From Anthoceros angustus (lineage: Eukaryota > Plantae > Anthocerotophyta), in NCBI GenBank assembly GCA_010909165.1, contig VJWM01000186.1:124001-188000 (forward strand): a DNA stretch of 64,000 nt. The letters run 5' to 3'. How positions within the stretch are numbered: position 1 is the stretch's first letter; each line of letters starts with the position of its first letter. The notes beneath the pieces are model-generated. The model was not told where the DNA came from. It saw nothing but the letters and a program-made list of their open reading frames with translations, and did no database searches. This document shows, one piece after another, positions 50,751-61,929 of the stretch. The translations under genes and the position numbers were made by a program.

Positions 50751-51438
50751 TTTCTTATCCGGAGGTGTTGAAGGGGGTGGGAGCCTTTTGCTTCTGATGA
50801 TTCATTAAACTTGCCACTCCCGGCGGCGGATGGTTGAGCACAAGGAACGGCAGACGGGCCGCCATGAACCCTCACTCACAAAGACATGGAACAGAGTGGA
50901 TGAAGCGTCCACGACCTACTAATCACGGCTGTGCTCGGGCAGCCTACTCCTCATCCTCGCTTTGAGCATCTTCGCTACACCTCGTTCCATTGCTGCTTGC
51001 CCTCCTTGTCTTTAGCGGTGTGGGGGTGACCTCTTCTTCGCCATCTTGCCCCACACAAGTGAAATATTCAGCTCCACGTGGTATCCACCAATGCGTGCGT
51101 GCTGGCCGGTGCAGTAGCGGTTCTCCCACTCCCAGCCTCTGGCCATATCTTCCCGGGACGCCGTTTTGGGCAACCGAACTGAGTTGTGAATCCACAGAAT
51201 CCACAGACGCGTGAGGATGAAGAGCGCGAGTTGAGATTTGGCAGTGAGCACAGCCAGATGGAGCTCCATCCTTATAGTCGCGGCCTTGATTGCGATCGTG
51301 TCGGATCGCCACCCAACCACCGGGTTACGCCTGCCGCGAGCGAGATTCCTCGTGACGACCAGCTGCCTGGTTCTCGTGAGAAGTCCTTCGTCTTCAGGGT
51401 TTCGTGTTTTGCTTAACCGTGGTTAGTTTAAGAGGGGG

Positions 51439-51610
51439 TGTTAGCGCAGGAGTTAAACCTAACGCATGCTTAATAATCTTTATGTTATATGGATTAGGGT
51501 TGTCTTAGTGAATAGACACGTACATAGTATTTAAACGATTTTGTTATGCTCATTATTGCAATTTTACTATCAGAGTTTTCTCTACGCTCTCGCTCCGCTC
51601 AACCTTCTTA
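51439..51610 (+). repeat. Copia LTR 3
   Basis: PPT aagaggggg upstream; TSD cttac downstream. Confidence 0.95.
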
Positions 51611-51676
51611 CTTACTGCAACGACAAGGGATTAGTCCACGCTCGACTGGCCGTCAGCGAAAGTCGCGCCACATTTT

Positions 51677-51694
51677 TGGCGCCGTTGCCGGGGA
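51677..51694 (+). other. Gypsy primer-binding site (tRNA-Asp type, as in Athila)
   Basis: TGGCGCCGTTGCCGGGGA just after LTR end ...CCACA-tttt. Confidence 0.85.
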
Positions 51695-51923
51695 ATGAAA
51701 GCGTTTCCGTAGCATAGTACAAAGGTGAGAGTGAATGTGTGGTAGACGAGAGGTGGTCAAAAACGAACCGTCAGGAGGGCCGGACGTCGTGACCTCCAGA
51801 GCACTCAGGGCTCGTGAAGTATAGCGTTTCCCAAACCAGCAGCTACATGCAAGCCTACCTTGGCTAGAAACACAACCAAGTCCGGCGGCGGAAATTGGTG
51901 AAGAAGAAAACTCGCAATCGTTG

Positions 51924-54900
51924 ATGGCCATGGGCATGGCACCTACTTCGACTAAGCAAGCGTACTCCATCTTCGGAGGTAAGAAGGAGAGAGACGCGGA
52001 AACGTTCGTAGAGGATTTTGTGTCGCGAGCGAATTTCAACGGAGAGGGTACCGATGCACAGCTCATCCAATTGTTCCAAGGGATTCTTCGAGGGACGGTC
52101 GCTCAGTGGTACCATCGGAAGTATCGGGCACCACAGAACCCCCCAACAGGCCTCTACTGAGGAGGAGGAACCCCGCCGCAAAAACAAAAAGAAGAAGCCA
52201 ACGGCAAAATGGAAGGGTGGGAAGAAGGAGGTCGTGACACCTACCCCAGCTCGGGAGGCTCCGGCAGATCCGACTCCCTCGAAGGAAGTAGCTGGCCTGA
52301 GGGAGGATTTGGAACGGGTAATGAAGGAGGTGGAAGAGCTAACGATCAACCAAGTAAAAGATCAGGAGAGGCGGAAGGCGGCCACCATGGTCAGGACACA
52401 CTTATGGTGTGTGATATGCCACCAACAAGGTCACTCGAAGGCCAACTGCCCCTCAAGACCTGTGAACCAAGTGGAGTATGAGTATGAGGAGGAGGCAGAG
52501 GAGCATTGGGAGGATGCTTATCAAGTGCAGGAAGCACCTCCGGGGCCGCGATATCCGAAGACGATGTACCCCTCCGCGGGAGGTCCGTCCATGCCGCGTC
52601 CCCCGCCGATGCAACATCGCATGGGGGCACCCCCAGGGATCCTTCGAGCGGCTGTGGTCTGTTGGAACTGTGGCAACTCCGGGCACTATTCCAACGCCTG
52701 TCCGTACCCCACGAGGCAGGGAAATGGAGACTTCGAGCGCCTGTGTGGAGATTGCAAACAGTCAGGCCATATGGCGGGTAGTACCTTGTGCCCAAACCCT
52801 CGCACGAGAATGGTGCGCTATGCCACGCCTGGGAATCATGACCCCACACCCCCATCCCCAAGGCCGCGCTCAGGCTGCAGATTGAAGATGCGAATCGGAG
52901 GAGGAGGCGAGGAGCATTGGGAGGATGCTTATCAAGTGCGTGAAGCACCTCCGGGGCCGCGATATCCGAAGACGATGTACCCCTCCGCGGGAGGTCCGTC
53001 CATGCCGCGTCCCCCGCCGATGCAACATCGCATGGGGCACCCTGTGATCCTTCGAGCGCCGTGGGTCTCTTGGAACTGTGCAACCCGGGCACTATTCCAA
53101 CGTCCATCTACGAGGCGGTGGAAATGGAGACTTGGCGCCTGTGAGATTGCTGGGCCATATGGCGGTAGTACCTTGTGCCCAAACCCTCGCACGAGAATGG
53201 TGCGCTATGCCACGCCTGCTGGGGAACCGCGACCCCCCACACCCCCCATCCCCAAGGCTGCGCCTGTGCTGCAGATTGAAGATGCGGAACTGGCGGAGTG
53301 GGAGGAGGCGCTGAAGGAACCGGAAACGGTGGAGCACGAGGAGAGTACGACTGGTCCGAAGGAGGAGAAGGTGGCAACGAAGGTATTGGAGGTATCGACC
53401 CGTAGTCGCCGAAGGGAGAGAAGGGAAAGGAGGCAGTTGAAGAGGAAGAAGAACGGAGAGAGTACTACGGATACGGAGGACGGTACTCAAGCTGGGAAGC
53501 CGGCGGAAGATCTAGCCAATGAAGGAGAGTTGAAACGGGCAACTTTGCCATGGGAATCACCCGGTGAAAATCCTCCTGAGACGGAGAGAGAGAACACGGA
53601 CCCCCCCAAGGTGCCACCCCAATTTCCGCCGGATGTGGTCCGTGAGGTGATGGAGATGCTACAGGAGGAAATCTGACAAGACCTAGAGATGGTCCAGACG
53701 CAAAGGGTTGTCAGTGGAGAGCTCGGGGGTCCACAGCGGACACACGGAATGTCTACGGAGACCCCCACCCCATTCAAAGTTGCAGACCTAATGATGAACC
53801 AACAGCACTTAGTATCATTTCGATAGCTGCTGAGGGACAAACCGAAGTACTGGCAGGAGGTCCGGCGGGCCATCAAGGAAACGCAACCACGACGAGGCAC
53901 CCCCTCCTGTAAGGCCAAGGCGGTAGAGGTAAAAGTAGTGTCCCACACGGATCCAGGAGCGCCGGTGGTCCAGGTAGAAACTGCAGGATGCGTCATCAAG
54001 AATGTGCCCCTGGACACGGGTTCGGGAGTCAACCTCATCACAGAGGCCACGGCTCGACGATTGGGGTTCACTATGTTCGAACCCTCAACCAAAACCTTGA
54101 GGATGGCGGATATGTCAAGGCGGGCACCGGCAGGAGAGCTAACCGGAATCCAAGCTAACATAGCAGGCGCTCCGTATATGCTGGATTTCGTAGTCATCAA
54201 GCCCGCAGGGCTATTGGGGTATGAAGTGTTGTTGGGTCGACCCTGGCTCGGCCTAGCCCAAACGAAGCTACACTTCGGAAGGAAGGAAATTCACTTTAAA
54301 CCAGTGGATTGGAATCCCAAGGTAAGGGAAGGATGGGTGGTGATCACCTGGAGCAAGGACACGTACTGTGGGGAGACTGTGAGCACCACTGAGGGGTACA
54401 CCTCCGCGGAGGATAGTACTGACGACGAACGGGATGACACGGACGAAGATTACCCCTTCTCCAAAATTCGGTGGTCTGAGGAGGAGATGGACTATCGAAG
54501 GGACGCCTTTGGAGCAGAAGTCATCGACTGCTTCCGGGTGGACGCCTCAACGAGCCAGGCATCGGAGGACAGTAAGGAGGAGCAAGACCTCGCGGACGAG
54601 GGAATAACGGACGTTGAAGAGGTGACCCGCTTCACCTCGGACGAACTTTTCCGGGAGTGGGGGATGCGCGAAGACGATCCGCGGATGGAGGATGAAGGGT
54701 TTGGGCGTAGTGAGGCTGCGCGAGAACGTGAGACGGTAAACCTGGACGATGTGGAAGATGTGGAGGTGCGGCCGGGCAAGTCCCTAAAATTCAGGAAGGG
54801 GATGCCGAAGGAACTAAGGCGGGGGCTCACACAGCTGTTGGGGGAATTCAGCGAAGTATTTGCTTTCAAGGTTACGGACATGAAGGGTATTCCGAAGGAG

Positions 54901-57572
54901 TGGGGAGAACACCGGATAGACCTGAAGCCAGTCAGGTGCCGTCCGGGAAAGACAAGTCGAACCCCAAACACTACCGAAGTTAAGGAGGTCCTAGACAAGT
55001 ATCTAGAGGCAGACATCATCTTCCCAATTGTGAACAGTGAATGGGTCGCACCTATTGTAGTCGTGCCCAAGAAGCAGCCAGGACAGATTCGAGTCTGTCA
55101 AGATTGGAGGAAGCTCAATGCCGCCATGGAGAAGGACCATTTCCCCATGCCCTTCGTAGATGATATACTGGACAAGGTGGCAGGCCGAAGTACCTACTCC
55201 TTCCTAGATGGCTACTCCGGATACAACCAACTGCACCTGCGGGAATCAGACTGGGACAAAACAACGTTCGCCTACAAAAGAAGTGCTTTTGGGATAACGG
55301 GAGCGCCGGGATCGTTCATGCGAATGGTGACCAACGTTTTTCGGGAATTCCTGAGGGATTTTATGGAAGTATTCTTGGATGATTTCTGCGTGCATGGAGA
55401 GGAGGACAAGCACCTTGGCCACCTTCGAAAGTGTCTGGAGCGCTGCAAGGAGACCCAACTATGTCTGCACCCAGAGAAATGTTACTTCGGAATGACAGAG
55501 GGAATCTTGCTGGGGCATCGGGTATCAGCACGTGGGATAGAGGTAGACCAAGACAAGGTTTGGGTTATCCAGTCACTGCAGCCGCCCACAAATCTGAAGG
55601 AGTTGCGGGGTTTCCTGGGCATGGTGGGTTACTATCAGCCGTTTATCAACTTTGCGAAGCAGGCGGCCAAGCTGACAGAACTACTGTGGAAGGAGGAAGA
55701 GTGGACTTGGTCCCAAGAACGGGAGCTGGCATTCAGAGATTTGCAGACCACCTTGGTAAGTGCACCGATGCTGAAGGGCCCAGATTGGGGTAGGCGGTTC
55801 CACGTATATGTGGATGTGTCGGCGTTCGCCATTGGGGTCGTGCTCAGCCAGAAGAACGACAAACGGAGGGATTACCCGATCTACTACGCCGGATGGCAAC
55901 TCACCCACGCGGAGCGGAAGTACACAACCACGGAATGGGAGGCACTTGGAATGGTGTACGCCGTCAAGAAATTCCGGCACTATCTCCTTCCCAATGAGTT
56001 TGTGTTCTATGTGGATCATTTCGCGCTCAAGCATCTGGTGAACAAAGCGGACCTATCAGGGCGAATTGCGAGGTGGATCCTGTTACTACAGGAGTTCACC
56101 TTTGAGGTGGAAACGAGGCACGGACGGTAGCACTAGAACGCAAACTTCCTGTCGCGGTTGAAGACGGGGCCGGTGTTACAGGATCAGGAGGATGCCTTCC
56201 TGGACGAAACGCTGGTCGCCGTAGTCGAGGCGCAGGCAGATGAGTGCAGCCAGAAGAACCCCAAGCTTCAAGACACGGTACCTACGGCAGAAGCAGAGAA
56301 GGGGAGTGCCCGCAGGGGGCGACCAACCTATGCAGAGTTGGAGCGGTATCTATGGGAAATGGAGATGCCACTAGGGATGACGCGCAGCCAACGACAGGCC
56401 TTTGTGCATTACGCTCGCCCCTTTCGGATGTACAACGGATGTGTCTTCAAAGTGGGGCCAGACGGAGTCGAACGGAGGTACCTACAACCGCGTAAACGGA
56501 GTGGTAATCAAGGGGATGCATGAAGGTTTGGTTGGGGGACATTATGCGGCGCAGATCACCACCAAAAAGATTTTGGATGCGGGGTACTGGTGGCCCACCA
56601 TGTATGGAGAGACACACCAGTTTGTGAAGAAGTGTGATGCTTGTCAGAGGATCGGGAAGCCTACTCCAACGACATAATGGCCGTTAGTGCCCATAATGGC
56701 ACTGGCTCCTTTCGAAAATGGGGTATTGACTTCGTCGGACCTATATAGCCTACGACGAAGCACACACAGAAGAGATACATCCTCATGGCAACCGATTACT
56801 GCACCAGGTGGGTTGAAGCGGTGGCAATAAGAACGGACTTTGCAAGCACCGTGGCAAGGTTCCTCTATGAAAACATCATAACCGGTATGGATGTCCATTG
56901 CAGTTGGTGAGCGATAGGGGAACTCATTTCCTCAATGATGTGATAGCTGCAATGATGGAGTATTTTGGTATAAATCATCGCAAGATGGCACCTTACAACC
57001 CCAAGGCCAATGGGTTAACAGAGAAGACAAACAGACTTATCTGTCGCATTCTGAATAAACTTACGGTTAACTATGTGCACGACTGGGATACCAAGCTACC
57101 GTTGGCGCTATGGGCTTTCAGGACGGCAGAAAAGGTGACTACCCAACGAACTCCGTATTACTTGACCTATGGGCATTCCCCGGTTATGCCGATCGAATTC
57201 GAGGTACCAACATTGTGGGTGATGATGGAGGGGCAGCTAACCAAGGAAGAGAGTCAATTAGAACGGTTGCTCGAGTTTGTGCAGCATACGGAGGGACGGG
57301 AGGAGGCTCAACAGAGAATGCAGCTGGTGCAGAATCAACGCAAGATTTGGCACGACCGGCTGCGGAACCAAGAGTATGTAAAGGAGGGGGACCTGGCCCT
57401 CCTTTACGACAGTCGTCACATGCATTTTCCAGGCAAACTCCACTTGAGGTGGATGGGCCCCTACCAAGTGGTACATGTATACGACAATGGGTCCATCCAA
57501 CTCAGGCAGTTAGATGGTGAGCTGTTACCCACCCGTATGAACGGGTGGAGGGTGAAGAAGTACTATGCTTAG
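51924..57572 (+). pseudogene. Gypsy gag-pol (gag with 3 zinc knuckles, PR, RT, RNase H, IN), several stops and frameshifts
   Basis: LRGTVAQWY; CVICHQQGHSKANC, CWNCGNSGHYSNAC, CGDCKQSGHMAGSTLC; LDTGSGVNL; YSFLDGYSGYNQ, FLDD; VDVSAFAIG..DH; HEGLVGGH..CDAC; SDRGTHF; FPGKLHLRWMGPY. Confidence 0.93.
52486..53293 (+). repeat. ~410-bp tandem duplication within gag (52486-52898 / 52899-53293)
   Basis: EEHWEDAYQV..PPGPRYPKTMYPSAGGPSMPRPPPMQHRMG..LCPNPRTRMVRYATP occurs twice. Confidence 0.9.
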
Positions 57573-58243
57573 TACTGGCGGAGACGCCAACAGATGAGAA
57601 GGGGAGTGTGTGGACTACGGGCTCCCCCCCTTAGGAAGGTAATGAGTTAGTTTTTGTTTTTTTTGTTAGTGTGGAGTGGAAAATAAGGCGAAAGAGGGGA
57701 AATAAGGCCGGGTGACTTGGACTCGAGTAGGTCGGGTGACTTGACTGACTCGAGTAGACCGGTGAGTCCGGTGACTCGGAGTGAGCCACGATAAGTTCGC
57801 TGGGAAAAGTAACTTCGGAAAAGGGGGGAGCGTGTTTGGCAAGGGGGCCACGTGGACGGTGCTGAGAGGAGAACGGGCATGCAGCGGACCAGGACCACAG
57901 GGTTGTCAATGGCCGTTATGGGCAGGTAACCACGACCCAAGTACATGCGCTTGAGCGGCGACGGCGTAAGGCTAGAGTAAGCGATGCATGACTCTAGCAG
58001 TTACGGGCAGCGAAAGGACGTCCTCCCGTGCTTCAGTTACTCCCGATGTTCTGACGTTGAGAGAAGGCCATTCTCGACCGACTGGCTGCAGCCACCGGCT
58101 GCACCTGCTCGCGCTATCTCTTCCGGCGCTCAAGCACAATTACGAGCGGCCATCTTTCCCGAATTGAGCGCTCGTCGCGGTGGAATGCAGCAAGAGCATT
58201 GTTGCCCATCACCTCACGACAGCAAACCAGCCGGCGCGCGAAT

Positions 58244-61133
58244 ATGGGGCCCAAGAAGCAGCGGAGGTCTAGGAACCCTGGCGTTTAGTTGAGAAGAACA
58301 TCGTCACCAAGCGCTACCTGGATTTTGGACCTTGGCTGGAGGATGCAGAGGAGTTGGTGCAGGACTACCTGGACATCTTCCAGGCGGTATGGACATTTGA
58401 CAGCGTAATGCTGGTCCGGGAGTACGCCCGGAAGATGTTGGCGGCGGCCAACAAAACCATCCGCTCCCAGGAGCTTTAGGGAGGATCCAATGAGATGGAC
58501 TGTGGAGGTCTTGCGAGCGGTTTACAATCGGTCGGTGGAAGAGATTGGGGGCGTGGTTTCGGAGCCCCTTAAGGTAAAAGGGAGGATGGAGGCAGCCAAG
58601 GTGGCGCTCTTGAAGCCGGGGACACAGCGGTCCTCAAATGGATGGTTGATGTCGGACCTATTGGACCGACGGGTGAGGGCGGTGGCGAAAGTCATCGTGC
58701 ACTGGAACATGCTCACCAAGGTGGACCACCTTGGTGACAATTTGCTTATGTTCCTCCACGCCCTGCAGCGAGGGAAGAGAGCGGACTGGGGAAGGATCAT
58801 CTTCGCCCGAATTAGCCAGGAGGCCCGGAAGTTGCGCAACGAGAAGCCGCCCCCCTCGGCGCTGTCTCCCTTCATTGTCCACGTTTGGGGACACCTCAAC
58901 CTCTTGAAGAAGGGAGAAGAGGAGCGAGCACTCCGGAAAGGGTTGGTAACCCTTCCTGAGTCGGAGCGAGAGGCACGGTCCAGAGCCGGCGACGCCCACT
59001 CAAGCCCAAAGGACCTGTGGAGGACAAAGACCGGAAGGCATTCCGGACTCCATACGGCTGGAGCGGACCCCCTCGCCGCCCAGGGAAGTATGGGAAGAAA
59101 TTCCCGCTGCCCTCCTTCTAGTCCCTCCACCAAAACACCCCGCACCGGAGGCAATTGCGACGGGCAGGGAGCTAGTGGTCGCCGGGCCAGGCAGACCAGC
59201 AACCTACGACGGCCCTAGCTACCGAGCCCCTCCGGATTAGGAGGGAGGCAAAGAAGAGGAAAACGGCCCCCACCACTACTGCTCCAAGGTCCGCTCCGGT
59301 GCCCTTGCCCTTGCCAACGGAGTGGCAGGAGGCCGAGGAAGCGGTGAGAAGGGCAGAGCGGGATGCGGCCCAGGGAGCGGGAGGACACTGGCAGCAACCC
59401 CACCCCGAGCCCATCGTATCGCCGACCAGGAGGGGAAAGCGAGCCAGCTCCAGGACTCCTTCACCGCCTCCGGACCCCAAGCATAGGCGAGCGGAGAAGG
59501 AGCTAGCAGCCAAGCGGGCCAAGGAGGTAGAGGCTCCGGACCAAAATATATAGTCAGGACCTAAGGGTCCTGATTGGGTCCGGAGTTCCTAGTCCGGCCT
59601 CCCTCCGGACTGCGGTCTGGCGGTCCTTAACGGACCGGAAGATACCCGCACCTTCAGCGGACTTCACGGGTATCTCCCCAGCAGGGGCTGTGGAAGAAAC
59701 ACGGTGGATTCTCGCAGCCGTCATGGACGGTATGCTCTGGGGGCTCTGCGGGACGGCTGAGAAGACTCAGGAGGTGGAGGCCACCAGAAGGAGAATGGTG
59801 GAGCTTCAAGGCGAGGCGGAGGTGGCCTAAGCGGCCAAAAGGGTGGGGAAGTCTCTCGCTAGGGTCAAGGAGGAGAAGCGACGGACGGCCGAAACGGAGG
59901 CCAAGTCAGCCCAACAGGACCGGGCTAGGGTGCTCTAGCTATGTGAACAGCTGAAGCAGGCACAGGAGGTGTAAGCAAGGGCAGAGAACCTTTGCAGGAG
60001 AAGAGGAGCGGCCCAAGAGGAGGCGGAGGAAGCCCGGAGGCAGGCGAAGAGGGCTAAGGACTTGGCCGAAACAGCTCGCCAGGAGCAGAACCAAGCCTGG
60101 GAGGCTCAGGTGAAGGGAGCATGGGAGGCGGAGGCCTCAGCCAAGACGGATAGGGATCACTACCGGCGAGACAGATTCCGGGGGAGAGAGGCGGCGGGAG
60201 TAGCCACGGCCAACCTGAAGGCAGAGCAGGCAGCGGCGGAGCAAGCACGGGTAATCCGTGAGGAGGAGAGGAGGCCAAGCACCAGGAGCTAGCAGCCAAG
60301 CGGCCAAGGAGGTAGAGGCTCGGACCAAAATATAGTCGGGACCTAAGGGTCCCTGATTGTCCGGAGTTCCTAGTCCGCCTCCCTCCGATCAGCGGTCCTT
60401 AACGGACCGGAAGATACCCGCACCTTCGACGGACTTCACGGTATCTCAGTGGAAGAAACACGGTGGATTCTCGCGCCGTCATGGACGGTATGCTGGGGCT
60501 CAGGGAGAAGACTCGGAGGTGGAGGCCACCAAGGAGAATGGTGGAGCTCAAGGCGAGGTGGCCTAAGCGGCCAAAAAGGGTGGGGAAGTCTCGCTAGGGT
60601 CAAGGAGGAGAAGCGACGACGGTCAAACGGAGGCCAAGTCAAGACCAAGCTAGGGTGCTCTAGCTATGTGAAGTGAAGCAGCATGGAGGTGTAAGCAAGG
60701 CAGAGAACCTGCAGGAGAAGAGGAGCGGCCAAGAGGAGGCGGAGGAAGCCCGGAGGCAAAGCGAGGGCTAAGGACTTGGCAGCCTCGCCAGAGGCAACCA
60801 AGCCCGGGAGGCTCAGTGAAGGGAGCATGGGAGGCGGAGGCCTCACGGATAGGGATCACTAGGCAGTTAGAGAGAGGCGGGGAGTAGCCACGGCCAACTC
60901 AAGGCAGGCGGGCGGAGCAAGCACGGGTAATCCGTGAGGAGGAGAGGGAGGCCAGCACCAGGGAGCTAGGGGACCTCCGGGTACAGCTGCAGGACACGGA
61001 GGAACGGCGCCAGGAGTTGGAGGGCCGGAAGGAGACCCTGGAACTATAGCTTCAGGTAACGGAGGAGCGGAATGGGATTCTCCAAGGGAGAATCGAGGAT
61101 CACGAGCGGGAGATAGAGCGGCTCCAGCTTTGT
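58244..61133 (+). pseudogene. N-terminal part of the gypsy accessory env-like ORF (Athila / Transposase_32-like domain plus coiled coil)
   Basis: MGPKK start; MLVREYA; LMFLHALQRGKRADWGRIIF..SPFIVHVW resembles Athila env-like ORFs; A/E/R-rich coiled coil follows. Confidence 0.65.
59501..60969 (+). repeat. Tandem duplication (~790 bp and ~680 bp) in the accessory ORF
   Basis: agctagcagccaagcgg..ggaccaaaatata..gaggccaagcaccagg occurs at 59501-60291 and 60286-60969; the second copy has many small deletions. Confidence 0.9.
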
Positions 61134-61295
61134 GGCCGCTGTAGCCTTTCAAGCTACCTAATGTATGATATCAAGTTACTCTTGATACATTATCTCTGAA
61201 GATATCTTGATTGAGTATCTTGCACGGGAGAATTCACAATACTCTTCGCCTACTCCCGCATCAAGAACCCATATCCGTTGATTGATTAGTCATAT

Positions 61296-61719
61296 TATGA
61301 CCAGCGGCGATGTGGTAAACCCGCCCTGAGCTGATGGTGTATATGGTGTATGTCATCCCTCTCGGCCGCTACGCAACTCCCTTGCTTATCTCTCTGTTTG
61401 AAGGTTTTCTCTCTCTATAGTGGAAGGCAGTCACTATGTTGAAGTATATTGCCATGCTTAGGATCTCTTATTGTAGCAGACTTGCATGCATTATTTTGAA
61501 CATTGGTTTTAACTAAGTGCGCACCAGTTGAGCTGACAAAGGTCTCCCATCTTGATTGTTGGCTCTTCTCGCCATGTTATTGAGGCCATCATCGCTCTTG
61601 TTGGCCATATTGGCTATGCTATTCAGCTATGTATGACCAGCGGCGACGTGATAAACCCGCCCTAAGCTGATGATGTCTATGGTGCTACGCAGCTCCCTTG
61701 CTTATCTTTATGTTTGAAG
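61296..61719. repeat. Dispersed ~90-105-bp direct repeat pair (61296-61403 / 61632-61719)
   Basis: tatgaccagcggcga.gtg.taaacccgccct.agctgatg...ctacgca.ctcccttgcttatct..tgtttgaag. Confidence 0.8.
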
Positions 61720-61929
61720 ATTATTATCAACTAGTGTGGAAAAACAGTTCACATGAGAATTCGGCATAGCATATTACTATTAAATACTGTGTAAACTCTA
61801 TTTACATGAAAATTTGGCACAACACTTCCATTATTCTTATCTCGTATAGAAGATTTCTCACTTGAGAATAACGCTCAGCAGATTATTATTCACTCATTAA
61901 TTGTGGAATTGTTATCTACTCATACTTGG

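Larger units (their letters stand above)
38901..51610 (+). mobile_element. Tandem Ty1/copia dimer (LTR-int-LTR-int-LTR), single 5-bp TSD CTTAC
   Basis: Three near-identical ~170-bp LTRs; cttac at 38896-38900 and 51611-51615; units of 6288 and 6250 bp. Confidence 0.93.
36797..61133 (+). mobile_element. Athila-like (non-chromovirus) Ty3/gypsy retrotransposon in circularly permuted order, with nested copia tandem
   Basis: Order: 3' half of env-like ORF, LTR end CCACA (51672), PBS, gag-pol, 5' half of env-like ORF. 36875-37001 is repeated at 61007-61133. Confidence 0.8.

Noticed and set aside
36797-61133. DIRS/Ngaro split-direct-repeat interpretation of the terminal repeats
   Set aside because: The element has a protease, DDE integrase and tRNA PBS, and no tyrosine recombinase.
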